64,000 nt of DNA from an uncultured virus (IMG/VR IMGVR_UViG_3300020042_006808). Taxonomy: Duplodnaviria; Heunggongvirae; Uroviricota; Caudoviricetes; Crassvirales. This document shows positions 29,204-39,090 of the stretch, one piece after another. Within the stretch, counting starts at the first letter, position 1; every line of letters starts with the position of its first letter. The notes beneath the pieces are model-generated. The model saw only the letters and a program-made list of their open reading frames with translations, searched no databases and was not told where the DNA came from. The DNA lies in the IMG/VR virus record IMGVR_UViG_3300020042_006808. One strand, 5' to 3'. The position numbers and the translations under genes were made by a program.

Positions 29204-32200
29204 GGTAATTTATTTTTTAGTTCTTCTATTTGTTTCTGTTGTTCCTTAATTGCTGCAATTAGTATAGGAGTTAGCTTAGAGTAGTCTACTTCCTGCATTT
29301 CTACTCCATCCTTTTCACCTGTCACAAGGTACGGTAGTATCTCCTGTATCTCATGTGCAATGAATCCATCCTGTACAGTCTTAGAACTTTTGTACTTAAA
29401 GTTAACAGGATTTAATTTCATTACTTTCTCTAGTGGATTATCAATAGGTCTTACCTGCTCTTTCAATCTGTAGTCAGAAGAAGTATTGTATGCAGTAGTT
29501 GACCCATCAGTTGAGATTGAACCAACAAACCCAGCATTGTAACTGAATCTTATAATAGAGCCAGTGACTCCACTTAGACCTACAACCATTGCTGTAGACG
29601 TTGTGCTCTTTATAAACTGAGCATTACCTACAAGATTTAGTGTATATCCTGCATCCGTTGTTGTTCCAATCAGCACATTTCCTCCTGATGTGATGCGCAT
29701 TCGTTCTGAGGCGTTAGTTGAAATCGCTAATGTTCCACTCGCAGGAGAATAAAACATTGGAGACGTGCCTAAACTAGGTGTTCCGTTATCGTTATATACT
29801 GCTAAACGTGCAACAAATGCTTGACCATTTACATCAAGTCTACTATTTGCATCAGGAGTAGTCGTGCCGATGCCTACACTACCCCCACTTGTAATACGCA
29901 TTCGTTCTCTTGCGTAAGTTAAATCAACGGTTGTATCCTCATGTGTGTAAAATCTTAAATCAGTTCCCCACGTGCTGGCTGAGTTATTACGTTGCCCACT
30001 AATTCCACTCCAGTGATTGCCACCTGTTGTAAACCATACCCCAATAGATTCGTCACCATTATTTGTGTTTTCTATTTTTACCCCTTTCATAGTGCTGGTA
30101 CTAATAGCATTTCCAGAAACTATGTTAGCGCCAGCGTCATGAACGTTAAATTTAAACTGAGGACTTGTTGTGTTTACACCTACATTGCCAGTGGAAGTCC
30201 AATTCAAAACCTCTGTAAAAGCAGTTGACCCACTTGCTGAATAGCCTAAACCATAGACATCACCAGTAGATACACCTGTTCCTGATACAACACCTAAAAC
30301 ACCATAGTTAAAGTTTTGACTATTTTGTAAAAGAATATTATTTCTTTTTCCAGTTGCATTAGAAAAAAATCTACTAACTGTTAAATTAGAAGTTTCAACA
30401 TCAAACCTAAAAGTTGGCGTACTACCAATCCCTACATTACCATTTCCTAAAATTTGTAAGGCAGGTGAGTTTGTTCCTGTTCTAAAGTCCGCAATTACAT
30501 AAGAAGCTGTAGTACCTCCGGTTTGAACCCATAAAGCAGCCGTTGTGCTTGATTGCTGAATTTCTAGTTTCCCGTTTGTCGGACTAGTTGTGCCGATGCC
30601 TACGTTGCCTGTTCCTAAAATATTTAATACATCATCGACAGAATGTAATCCTAATGATAGTCTATTACTTGTGGAGCCTGAACCATTATATTGGAAATAA
30701 AACTGACCCATGTTTCTTGCACTATCTGCCTGACCAACTGACATCATAATATGGTCACCAGCGTTCATTCCACTATTTAATAAACGAACTCCACGTTGGA
30801 AAGTACCTGTTCCTGATGCTACTAAATTAAGAAGTGGTAAATTCCCAGAGTTAGAACCTGTTACCTGAAATCTTGAACCATTATCCGTTGTTGTGCCGAC
30901 AAGTAGGTTGCCGCCGCTGGTTAGGGTCATTGCTTGGGTGAAGGTAATAGCGTTACCAGCGGTACCTGATGGGGCATTTCTCCAGCTATGAACTCCGTTT
31001 TCTTGGAAATAGCCTAATGCCCAATCTGAGGTTATGTACTTAAAGCCAACAGAATCTATAAATGTATTAGTAGTGAAATAGTTTGCAGCATCACCGCTCT
31101 CTCCAAACAATGCTCCTGTTGTTCCAAATTGAAATGCTTTATAAGCACTATTCCACGCACTAGGTGTAACTCCTAAGCCAACGTTGCCGCCTGAGGTAAT
31201 GCGCATTCGTTCGATTGAATTAGTGCCAAAAATTAAAGGAATTGCTTGAGTTGTAACAAATCCAATTGAGGTACTATCGGCTCCAATATAACCGTATCTA
31301 ACAGATTTAGCATTGTTCCAAAATTCCATTTGTCCAACACTATCTAAAGCTCTACCTCGTAAAACTAAATTAATTGCATTACTATTATTTGCAATTATAT
31401 CTGTTGTATCACTAAACCTTCCTGTTCCGTTAACATCTAGCTTATAGCCAGCGTCTGTGGTCGTTCCAATCAGCACGTTGCCGCCTGAGGTGATGGTCAT
31501 TCTAGTCCCAGCTCCTGTACCTGTATAAAACAAAAGTAAATCGGTTTCGCTGCTACTTGTTTGCGGTATAAAAGTCCAGTTTTTATTACTTAAACTAGAG
31601 TTATTTATATACAAAGCACCGTTACCGCTTGGCATAGCTGCGGTTATTTCTGTTGCTCTTAATGTACTTGAAAAGGTAGCTGCGCCTGTGGAGGCTAGGG
31701 TTAAACCAAATCCATTTGCTTTGTTTCTTATAGTTAAACTTCTACTCGAAGGATAATCAATAAATCCGTTAAAAGCTGATGGGCTTAAAAACAAATCTAT
31801 TGTCTCAGCATTAGCACTATTTTTTATACTAAGATCAGTACTTGAAAGAGTGGAACTAAAGGTAGCACTTGTGCCGCTTATTGGCCTATCAAATACAATT
31901 GAGCCTGTTCCTGTATTATCACTAAATCTTAGATTTGTACTATTTAAATAAATATCCCATTGATTAGTCCCTGAAGAACCATAAACTCTTAAACCACTCC
32001 CGCCTGTACTACTAAAGGTCGTTATACCACTAAACCGCCCAGTTCCGTTAACGTCTAGCTTATAGCCAGCGTCTGTTGTTGTGCCGACAAGTAGGTTGCC
32101 TCCGCTTGTTAGGGTCATTGCTTGGGTAAAGGTTATAGCGTTACCTGCCGTTCCTGATGGGGCGTTTCTCCAGCTATGAACTCCGTTTTCTTGGAAATAG

Positions 32201-35200
32201 CCTAATGCCCAATCTGAGGTTATGTACTTAAAGCCAACAGAATCTACAAATGTATTGGTAGTAAAATAGTTTGCAGCATCACCGCTTTCCCCAAACAATG
32301 CTCCTGTTGTTCCAAATTGAAATGCCTTATAAGCACTATTCCACGCACTCGGTGTAACTCCTAAGCCAAGGTTGCCTGACGAGTCAAGACGCATCTTTTC
32401 AGTTATGTAACCACTTCCTGTTGGTTTTGTATAAAATGCTAAAGAACCTTTTACACTATTTGGACTCCCACTATGCACCTCATTTATTGAGCCAATAGCA
32501 GCAAGATTAATAAAAGCACTTGCATCTTGAAAACCTATTAATGATAAGTTTCCATTAGTAGTATTTGTATTTTGAATATTAATAATACCCGGATTGTAGT
32601 TTGAACCTACACTTGTTGCAGCTAAACTATCAGCAACAGAAAACTTAACAAATAAAGTTGTTTGACCAATACCAATTTGTGAACCGTTATCATAAGCAAC
32701 ACTATTACCAATTGTGCTTGCCGCTGTAAACTTAGGCAAGTAGTTAGTTGTCCCTGTTCCCGTGACAGGGTTAGTAATTACAGACTGATACTGAGGGATA
32801 TTTAAAGTATTACTACTAAAGGTAGCTGCACCTGAAGTGCCCGTGGTTGTTAAAGTTATAGTCCCTTGCTTATTATTAAACGTAGTCCAATCTGTAGAAG
32901 ATAAATATCCATTAACAGAAGTAGTAGCTACAGGAATAGAAATAGCAGGAGTTGTACCACCGCTTGAAACAATCGGACTTGTACCTGTAACACTTGTCAC
33001 ATAAGTCCCTGATGCTTGATACTGAGGGATATTTAATGTAGCACCTACTAATGTAGCCGCTCCACTTGTGCCTGTAGTAGTTAGGGTGATTGCATCTTGC
33101 TTACCATTAAACGTACTCCAATCAGTACTACTCAAAGCACCTCTAGCACTAGCTGATGCTGTGGGCACGTTTAAGGTTATTGCAGGAGTAGTAGTGCTAG
33201 TAGCTACACTAGCTGATAAATTAGTCCCAGTTGCTCCTAAAGTAAATGAAACACTTGTAACTGTTCCAACAAATGAATCAGTATAGTTGGGGATATTTAA
33301 AGTATTGCCAACTAAAGTAGATGCACCTGAAGTACCTGTCGTAGTAAGGGTAATTGCCCCCTGCTTTGAATTGAACGTAGTCCAATCAGTACTAGATAAC
33401 AAGCCATTTTGAGCCCCAGTAGCAGTGGCAATAGCAAGAGTGATAGTGCCACTCGTAGTAATAGGTGTTGAACCGATAGTTACTCCACTAGTTACTGATG
33501 ATAATCCTACAGATGTAACCGTGCCTACAAATTGGTCAGTATAAGTAGGAATATTAAAAGCCCCTGTTGTATTATCGTATGTTGAAGCACCTGAACTGCC
33601 AGTAGTAGTTAAACTTATTGCGGTTCTTGCTCTTGTGTTTGTGAAATATAAATTAGTCGCCCCTTCAGGAATGTTATCAGTAGTTAAACTAACAGCACCC
33701 GTAAATCCATTAACAGAACTTACAGAGTCAGTATTGTCTACCTTCTCCCATGTCGTTCCTGCAAAGATAGCCCAATCACCTACTTGCCAGTCTGTAATAC
33801 CATCAAGGTTTGTTGTTCCTGCAACACTAACAATATAGTAATGCCCATTTGTGCCCACACTACTTACCAATGCAGGCGTGTTAGTATTTGCATTCCATGT
33901 ACCTTGGAATATAGTTCCTCCAATAAGGCCATTGATTTGATTTTGTACCTTACCAAATCCTGTTAATATGCTATCTGCCGCAACCACCGTTCCACCTGTA
34001 ACATTTAGTCCTGTCAATACCTTGCTTATTACAGCGGCATTGTCAAGAGTTACAGCTGCAGCTCCGGGCCCTAATGCAGTAGCCTCACCTGTTAGTGATG
34101 TAATATAATTACCCGCAACCTGTTTATTATCAAATGTTGTCCAATCAGCAGCACTCAAAGCGCCTCTATTTACAGCACTAGCTGTAGGTACATTTAAAGT
34201 TATTACAGGTGTTGTGGTGCTATTTGCAACCGTAGATGATAAGTCAGTGCCAATCGTTCCTAAAGTCAATGCAGCAACGCTTGTAACCGTACCAACAAAT
34301 TGGTCGGTATAAGTAGGAATATTTAATGTGTTGCCAATTAATGTAGAAGCACCACTTGAGCCTGTAGTTGTAAGCGTTAACGCTCCTTGTTTGTTATTAA
34401 ATGTGTTCCAATCTATTGAAGAAAGGTATCCATCAGCAGCAGCTCCTGATTGAGAAATGCTAAATGCTCCTGTCGTATTGTTATATGACAATGGAGCCGT
34501 AGCACTAAGTGAACCTAGTACTATGTATGCGCTTGAATCAACACTGCCATCAGCTTTTAAAAACTGACCTGATGTTCCACCATTTTTAATTAAAGAAGTA
34601 GCAGTAAGACTATATACGCCTAAGTTAACAGACCCTGTTGCTCCTGTGTAAGGTACAAATCCTGTTAGTCCCGGAAACGTTTGTAGCGCTCCTGTTCCGT
34701 CAACATATTGAAGTGCATTCCCTGACCCCGTAATAGCTATCGTGCCATTTGAAGTCAATGGAGAGTTAGAAACGCTAAAAGCAGCAGGCATACTTACCCC
34801 AACCGAGGTTAGCCCTGTATCAATGTCAGACCAGCTGGCAGTAATCGTTCCGCCGTCCTGCTGATTAAGCGTTAATGTCTTTGTTGCTGTGCCCGTAACT
34901 GCAGCACTTACAATTGAATCATTGTATGCCGTGTTCCAATTAGCTGAGTTGTCAGTGATATATGAAATAGTTCCGCCAACAGACTTAACTAATCCCGTTC
35001 CTCCTAATAATGCTTGCTTACTATTAAATGTCAACCAATCAACACTTGATAAGTATCCGTCTAAAGTACTGCTTGACTGCTGTATGGTAATGTTAGGAGT
35101 AGCACCGCCTGTTGAAAATAATGGGCTACTTGCCGTAACAGATGAAACACCTGTTGCAATTGTCCAAGACCTATCAGCTGATAAATTAAAAGTAATGCCA

Positions 35201-36063
35201 TTAATGGTAAGAGTCCGTGTCTGTGGTACCCCATTAAGCCCTGATAACGTGTAGTTAGGAACATTGATTGTAGACCCAACAAGAGTTGATGGGCCACTGC
35301 TACCAGTTGTTGTTAAGATTATGGCAGTTTGCTTACCATCAAATGTTATCCAATCTGCAGAAGATAAGTATCCACTCTGAGAAGCGTTTGCTTGTTGAAT
35401 GCTAAATACGCCTGTTGCTGAGTTGTACAACAACGGTGAGGTAGCACTGTAAACGGGTAGATTTATCCATCTAACGCCAGTTACATTTGAAGACAATACT
35501 TGATTGTTGGTACCAACAGAGTTTAACCCATCTTTTACTGTTCCAAGCAAAGTAAGGCTTGTAGAAATAGTAGCAGTTAATAATGCCGCATTGTTAGCAG
35601 TTATATTGCCTGTTAGTATGATGTTGTTTACAGCCGTATTCCCAGCTGTTAATACCTGTTGTAGGTTAGGGATAACGGTTGGGATAGTGTACCACTCTAC
35701 TTGAGTACCTGTACTTGTTAGTACCTGACCTGCTGTTCCAATAGAATTTAATCTATCGAATAACCCCCCTGTAATTTTAGTTTGACCTGTTAAATTACTG
35801 TTTAAAATATTGGCCGTAGCCGATACAGTAAGATTAGTGGTGTTTACGGTTCCTGTAAGATTAATATTCTGAGTTGCAGTATTGCCAAAATTCAATACCC
35901 CCTGTAGCGTGTTTCCCGGAATATTTGGGATAAACAAGTTCAATAAATCACCTAACGTAAAGTTATATGTTAAATCCTCAGGGTCTCCACCCACACTTGT
36001 GCCTACTAATTTATCAGCTAACTTAGGTACAGGGACAACATCGTATATACTAATCTTTGACAT
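29200..36063 (-). CDS. Long tail fibre with a C-terminal intramolecular chaperone (peptidase S74) domain
   Basis: 2287 aa, Thr/Gly/Ser-rich; LSSxDWxTFNxKQ repeats; ERMRITSGGNVGIGTT linkers; TSSDYRLKE...GFIAHEIQE...VDYSKLTPILIAAIKE autocleavage domain. Confidence 0.9.
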   Translation of the reverse strand: MSKISIYDVVPVPKLADKLVGTSVGGDPEDLTYNFTLGDLLNLFIPNIPGNTLQGVLNFGNTATQNINLTGTVNTTNLTVSATANILNSNLTGQTKITGGLFDRLNSIGTAGQVLTSTGTQVEWYTIPTVIPNLQQVLTAGNTAVNNIILTGNITANNAALLTATISTSLTLLGTVKDGLNSVGTNNQVLSSNVTGVRWINLPVYSATSPLLYNSATGVFSIQQANASQSGYLSSADWITFDGKQTAIILTTTGSSGPSTLVGSTINVPNYTLSGLNGVPQTRTLTINGITFNLSADRSWTIATGVSSVTASSPLFSTGGATPNITIQQSSSTLDGYLSSVDWLTFNSKQALLGGTGLVKSVGGTISYITDNSANWNTAYNDSIVSAAVTGTATKTLTLNQQDGGTITASWSDIDTGLTSVGVSMPAAFSVSNSPLTSNGTIAITGSGNALQYVDGTGALQTFPGLTGFVPYTGATGSVNLGVYSLTATSLIKNGGTSGQFLKADGSVDSSAYIVLGSLSATAPLSYNNTTGAFSISQSGAAADGYLSSIDWNTFNNKQGALTLTTTGSSGASTLIGNTLNIPTYTDQFVGTVTSVAALTLGTIGTDLSSTVANSTTTPVITLNVPTASAVNRGALSAADWTTFDNKQVAGNYITSLTGEATALGPGAAAVTLDNAAVISKVLTGLNVTGGTVVAADSILTGFGKVQNQINGLIGGTIFQGTWNANTNTPALVSSVGTNGHYYIVSVAGTTNLDGITDWQVGDWAIFAGTTWEKVDNTDSVSSVNGFTGAVSLTTDNIPEGATNLYFTNTRARTAISLTTTGSSGASTYDNTTGAFNIPTYTDQFVGTVTSVGLSSVTSGVTIGSTPITTSGTITLAIATATGAQNGLLSSTDWTTFNSKQGAITLTTTGTSGASTLVGNTLNIPNYTDSFVGTVTSVSFTLGATGTNLSASVATSTTTPAITLNVPTASASARGALSSTDWSTFNGKQDAITLTTTGTSGAATLVGATLNIPQYQASGTYVTSVTGTSPIVSSGGTTPAISIPVATTSVNGYLSSTDWTTFNNKQGTITLTTTGTSGAATFSSNTLNIPQYQSVITNPVTGTGTTNYLPKFTAASTIGNSVAYDNGSQIGIGQTTLFVKFSVADSLAATSVGSNYNPGIINIQNTNTTNGNLSLIGFQDASAFINLAAIGSINEVHSGSPNSVKGSLAFYTKPTGSGYITEKMRLDSSGNLGLGVTPSAWNSAYKAFQFGTTGALFGESGDAANYFTTNTFVDSVGFKYITSDWALGYFQENGVHSWRNAPSGTAGNAITFTQAMTLTSGGNLLVGTTTDAGYKLDVNGTGRFSGITTFSSTGGSGLRVYGSSGTNQWDIYLNSTNLRFSDNTGTGSIVFDRPISGTSATFSSTLSSTDLSIKNSANAETIDLFLSPSAFNGFIDYPSSRSLTIRNKANGFGLTLASTGAATFSSTLRATEITAAMPSGNGALYINNSSLSNKNWTFIPQTSSSETDLLLFYTGTGAGTRMTITSGGNVLIGTTTDAGYKLDVNGTGRFSDTTDIIANNSNAINLVLRGRALDSVGQMEFWNNAKSVRYGYIGADSTSIGFVTTQAIPLIFGTNSIERMRITSGGNVGLGVTPSAWNSAYKAFQFGTTGALFGESGDAANYFTTNTFIDSVGFKYITSDWALGYFQENGVHSWRNAPSGTAGNAITFTQAMTLTSGGNLLVGTTTDNGSRFQVTGSNSGNLPLLNLVASGTGTFQRGVRLLNSGMNAGDHIMMSVGQADSARNMGQFYFQYNGSGSTSNRLSLGLHSVDDVLNILGTGNVGIGTTSPTNGKLEIQQSSTTAALWVQTGGTTASYVIADFRTGTNSPALQILGNGNVGIGSTPTFRFDVETSNLTVSRFFSNATGKRNNILLQNSQNFNYGVLGVVSGTGVSTGDVYGLGYSASGSTAFTEVLNWTSTGNVGVNTTSPQFKFNVHDAGANIVSGNAISTSTMKGVKIENTNNGDESIGVWFTTGGNHWSGISGQRNNSASTWGTDLRFYTHEDTTVDLTYARERMRITSGGSVGIGTTTPDANSRLDVNGQAFVARLAVYNDNGTPSLGTSPMFYSPASGTLAISTNASERMRITSGGNVLIGTTTDAGYTLNLVGNAQFIKSTTSTAMVVGLSGVTGSIIRFSYNAGFVGSISTDGSTTAYNTSSDYRLKEQVRPIDNPLEKVMKLNPVNFKYKSSKTVQDGFIAHEIQEILPYLVTGEKDGVEMQEVDYSKLTPILIAAIKEQQKQIEELKNKLP
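30884..32376. repeat. About 300-bp near-identical direct duplication inside the tail fibre (about 30884-31188 and 32073-32376)
   Basis: The peptide GLGVTPSAWNSAYKAFQFG...SGGNLLVGTTTD occurs twice with mostly synonymous differences. Confidence 0.95.
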
Positions 36064-36075
36064 CCACTATTAAAT

Positions 36076-36342
36076 TTAATGAACTATCTTCAATATATCT
36101 CCTGTTCTGTAAAGTTTCCCTATTGCCAATCCTCCAGCAACAGCAGTAGCATTGTCTGCAAAAATCGGAACGCTTCCTATTACAATAGTTGAAGCGCTAA
36201 AATTTGCGGAAAATAAATTTAATAGCTGCTGTAACGTAAAATTATAAGTCACATCAGCGGGAACACCGTCAATGCTTGTGCCTATAAGTTTGTCTGTTAA
36301 TTTTGGTAATGCAACGACAACGTATGAATTAATTTTACTCAT
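36076..36342 (-). CDS. Short paralog of the tail fibre N-terminal anchor
   Basis: MSKINSYVVVALPKLTDKLIGTS...TYNFTLQQLLNLF versus fibre MSKISIYDVVPVPKLADKLVGTS...TYNFTLGDLLNLF. Confidence 0.75.
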   Translation of the reverse strand: MSKINSYVVVALPKLTDKLIGTSIDGVPADVTYNFTLQQLLNLFSANFSASTIVIGSVPIFADNATAVAGGLAIGKLYRTGDILKIVH

Positions 36343-36595
36343 CTTTTTCTTGTTTTTTTTGACTTACCTCTCCGGTTTGCATATTTATTACTGAATCAGC
36401 ACCGTACTTTTCAATGAGAATCTTCTCGTTGTTAGTGAAAGTTTCAACAATACTGTTTGCGTGTTTAATTAATCCTTGCTTTTGCAACTCAAGTTCTCCA
36501 AGGCCAATCTTAATCTTGGTGTACTCTGCTGAGCCATTCTTGATGAAATCTAGTTCTTCGCTAGTCAATGTTACTACGGATTCATGATTTTTCAT
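36335..36595 (-). CDS. Small coiled-coil protein (likely start MKNHES at 36595)
   Basis: A-rich leader AATCAAATCAA before the ATG at 36595 and a promoter box at 36620-36627. Confidence 0.55.
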   Translation of the reverse strand: MKNHESVVTLTSEELDFIKNGSAEYTKIKIGLGELELQKQGLIKHANSIVETFTNNEKILIEKYGADSVINMQTGEVSQKKQEKDE

Positions 36596-37113
36596 TTGAT
36601 TTGATTTTTTAGTGTTCGACAAATATAGCTAATAATTGAATATGGATTTGGTAATAATCTCCTGAACTTATAAGCCACAGCTAAAAGAAATAGAAGTAGC
36701 AGCAGCCAAAAATATACAGAATTATTTGATTTCTTTTCTAATGACTTATCAAATTCTTCAGTAAATGTTTCTTTCTCCAATTCTATAGTCTTATCAAAAG
36801 ATTCTACGACAGTAGTCTTGGTGCTATCAACAATTGATTTATCTGATTTTTTTATCTTCAATGAGACGTTCTCATACTTAACTCCATCAACGATAATGGG
36901 CTTTGACACATCAACAGGGTCAATCTGAATTTCAAAAAATTTCTCTTTAATTATTACAAAGTTTTGCTGAACCGAAATGCTTTCCTTCTTTTCTTTGTAG
37001 GTGCTATCAATTTTTGTTTCAGTAATGTCCTTAGAGATAATTACCTTTTTGGTTGAGCATGAGTAAAAAAAAACGATAAGAAGTATTACGAATAAATTCT
37101 TTGACGTTTTCAT
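36592..37113 (-). CDS. Lipoprotein with a C-terminal transmembrane helix (unimolecular spanin-like)
   Basis: Signal peptide with lipobox FYSC; C-terminal VYFWLLLLLFLLAVAY helix; directly downstream of the holin. Confidence 0.6.
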   Translation of the reverse strand: MKTSKNLFVILLIVFFYSCSTKKVIISKDITETKIDSTYKEKKESISVQQNFVIIKEKFFEIQIDPVDVSKPIIVDGVKYENVSLKIKKSDKSIVDSTKTTVVESFDKTIELEKETFTEEFDKSLEKKSNNSVYFWLLLLLFLLAVAYKFRRLLPNPYSIISYICRTLKNQIK

Positions 37114-37541
37114 TTTATCTCATCTATGTCTGATTTAACCTCCTTGGCTCTGCTCAATAGTTTTTTAATCATTACCCACAAATCAATCTTAAATGCAGAC
37201 TCAATATTTTCTTTAATTGAGACTAGCTCAACAAAAATTAATAAGATTGCACAAATCTTTGTAAACATATACTCAATTCCAAATGAGCGTATGATAAATT
37301 CATTGAGCAAAAACTTGTCAATTAAAAAAAGAAATAGAATACAGATTTCATAAAGCAATAGTTTACTCACAATATTCGACAGCTTTCTACTTTTTATACT
37401 TTGAAATCCTTCTAACTTAATTGACTTAAAAATTCCTGTAAAGGTATCTAGAATAATTGCGGCACCTACGGATATTAATAGCCCGTATATGGGGGCGAAC
37501 AATAGGACAATAGATGCCAATATGTATTGCAGGTATTTCAT
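37110..37541 (-). CDS. Holin
   Basis: Three hydrophobic segments; ILDTFTGIFKS, IKSRKLS and ELVSIKENI motifs of holin-4-like proteins. Confidence 0.75.
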   Translation of the reverse strand: MKYLQYILASIVLLFAPIYGLLISVGAAIILDTFTGIFKSIKLEGFQSIKSRKLSNIVSKLLLYEICILFLFLIDKFLLNEFIIRSFGIEYMFTKICAILLIFVELVSIKENIESAFKIDLWVMIKKLLSRAKEVKSDIDEIK

Positions 37542-37675
37542 CGTCCTTGGCCCTTATATGACTTCTTGTACAACTTGCTTGACTTATTGTTGCTAGTTTT
37601 AGTCTTGGCAGCTACACCTCTACTATTAGACTTCTGAACGTATGTGTTTGCAATTGAAATCTTAGCCTTTGCCAT
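37538..37675 (-). CDS. 45-aa basic peptide (below the ORF-track cutoff)
   Basis: MAKAKISIANTYVQKSNSRGVAAKTKTSNNKSSKLYKKSYKGQGR; coupled to neighbours on both sides. Confidence 0.65.
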   Translation of the reverse strand: MAKAKISIANTYVQKSNSRGVAAKTKTSNNKSSKLYKKSYKGQGR

Positions 37676-37676
37676 C

Positions 37677-38168
37677 TTACCAAAGAGCTACTAGTTGAAC
37701 AGCAGAAGTACCACTAGCAGGTGACCAAACCTTAATTACCTGAACAGGCAATACTTCTCCTGCTTGAGCACCATAGAATAGAATCTCATCACCACCAATA
37801 GTAGTAACTTTTACGTTACCTGCTACTCCAACATATAAGAAACATCCTGCGTTGCCTATAGTAGTCTGAGGACTTGCTGCATAAACAACATATACCTTTG
37901 CAGTAAAAGTAAAAATATCTGCATTTAAAGTAAGCTGGGTCTCACTATCAACTGAAACCACAGTTGCAGCAAATCCATCTGAGGTGTTGTAAACAATATC
38001 TCCTGTCTTAACATTGTTGGTTTCAAATAAAGCAGTCGAGTCAACTAATTTTAATGCCACGACTGACGTACTTGTTCCTGATTCTATTTCTTGAGGAAAA
38101 GGAATATTAGAATTATCGCTTCTTATAGTCAATAATGCTCTTGAAAATGTTGTTTTAAAAACTGACAT
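37677..38168 (-). CDS. Virion beta-rich structural protein
   Basis: LYVGVAGNVKVTT...LPVQVIKVW...LVALW C-terminus; shares a domain with 15301..16239. Confidence 0.55.
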   Translation of the reverse strand: MSVFKTTFSRALLTIRSDNSNIPFPQEIESGTSTSVVALKLVDSTALFETNNVKTGDIVYNTSDGFAATVVSVDSETQLTLNADIFTFTAKVYVVYAASPQTTIGNAGCFLYVGVAGNVKVTTIGGDEILFYGAQAGEVLPVQVIKVWSPASGTSAVQLVALW

Positions 38169-38171
38169 ATT

Positions 38172-38333
38172 TTATTTGTTTTCTGAATATGGAAACACTC
38201 TATTTAATGCGTCTCTGCGTGCACCGCATCCACAATCTTTGCCTGTGGCAGCGCTAACCGCATCAACTACTCTTTTAATCCCTGTAGCCTTGGTTACTTT
38301 TTCAATCGTATCGCCTAGTCCTTTGCTCTTCAT
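38172..38333 (-). CDS. 53-aa protein with a CGC motif
   Basis: MKSKGLGDTIEKVTKATGIKRVVDAVSAATGKDCGCGARRDALNRVFPYSENK; promoter box at 38343-38350. Confidence 0.7.
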   Translation of the reverse strand: MKSKGLGDTIEKVTKATGIKRVVDAVSAATGKDCGCGARRDALNRVFPYSENK

Positions 38334-38351
38334 AGATTTATACAAATATAA

Positions 38352-38690
38352 TTAAACTTTTGATACTCTATTTCCCATGCCAACTCTAGACTTCTCTGAC
38401 TTCTTTGCAGATAATTTTGCTGGGCTAATCTCACTCTTAGTCTTTGGTGTCTTTGAAGACACTCGTGTAGTTGGTCTGCAGTATTCGTTCTTACCACCAG
38501 CCCCGCAAGCTTTACCGCTCTTAGTGTCTTGCCAATTCTCCTTGTCCCAACGCTTTAAACTAGAGCCCTTCTCGGACTTAATAATATTTCCAGAAGACTT
38601 ACGACACTTGGCTATAGCCTGAGAGGCCCTAGCTGAAGGGAACACATCGTACGATGCCTTTACCTTTTTGTAACAAGCGTCTTTAGGCAT
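38352..38690 (-). CDS. Small basic Cys-containing conserved phage protein
   Basis: MPKDACYKKVK...FPSARASQAIAKCRK...YCRPTTRVSSKTPKT. Confidence 0.7.
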   Translation of the reverse strand: MPKDACYKKVKASYDVFPSARASQAIAKCRKSSGNIIKSEKGSSLKRWDKENWQDTKSGKACGAGGKNEYCRPTTRVSSKTPKTKSEISPAKLSAKKSEKSRVGMGNRVSKV

Positions 38691-38691
38691 C

Positions 38692-38817
38692 TTACTTCTT
38701 TTTAATAACGATAGAATTATTCTTGGTCTTACCTGTGTTTCCTTTAAGAAACTTCATAGGTCCATCTAATGACTTCTTAGATTCGTACTTAGCTGCTTCC
38801 TTGATACCGTGTTTCAT
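38692..38817 (-). CDS. 41-aa basic peptide
   Basis: MKHGIKEAAKYESKKSLDGPMKFLKGNTGKTKNNSIVIKKK fills the gap exactly. Confidence 0.55.
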   Translation of the reverse strand: MKHGIKEAAKYESKKSLDGPMKFLKGNTGKTKNNSIVIKKK

Positions 38818-39074
38818 TTTCTTTTAGCTGTATTAGTTGCTGGATTATATTTAAACTCTTTGACAGATACGCCTGTTTTTTGAGATGCCCTATCTTTTGC
38901 TCTTTCTTCAGCAGTCATAGCGTTTCTTGCAATTCCTGCTTGAGTGTATGTCTTCCCATCAGATTTAAGATGGCCTCTTTTTTTTAATATTGCTATCGCC
39001 AAACCTTCATCTCCTACCTGAGAAGTAAGCCTCTCAAGTAGTTTGCCTCGACCCATAAACTTCTGAGTTGACAT
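38814..39074 (-). CDS. Small basic protein
   Basis: 86-aa ORF in the operon. Confidence 0.65.
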   Translation of the reverse strand: MSTQKFMGRGKLLERLTSQVGDEGLAIAILKKRGHLKSDGKTYTQAGIARNAMTAEERAKDRASQKTGVSVKEFKYNPATNTAKRK

Positions 39075-39090
39075 TTTATTTTTGGTTTAA

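Noticed and set aside
30884..32376. Diversity-generating retroelement TR/VR pair
   Set aside because: Both copies are in-frame within one gene, differences are mostly synonymous and not adenine-specific, and no reverse transcriptase is present.
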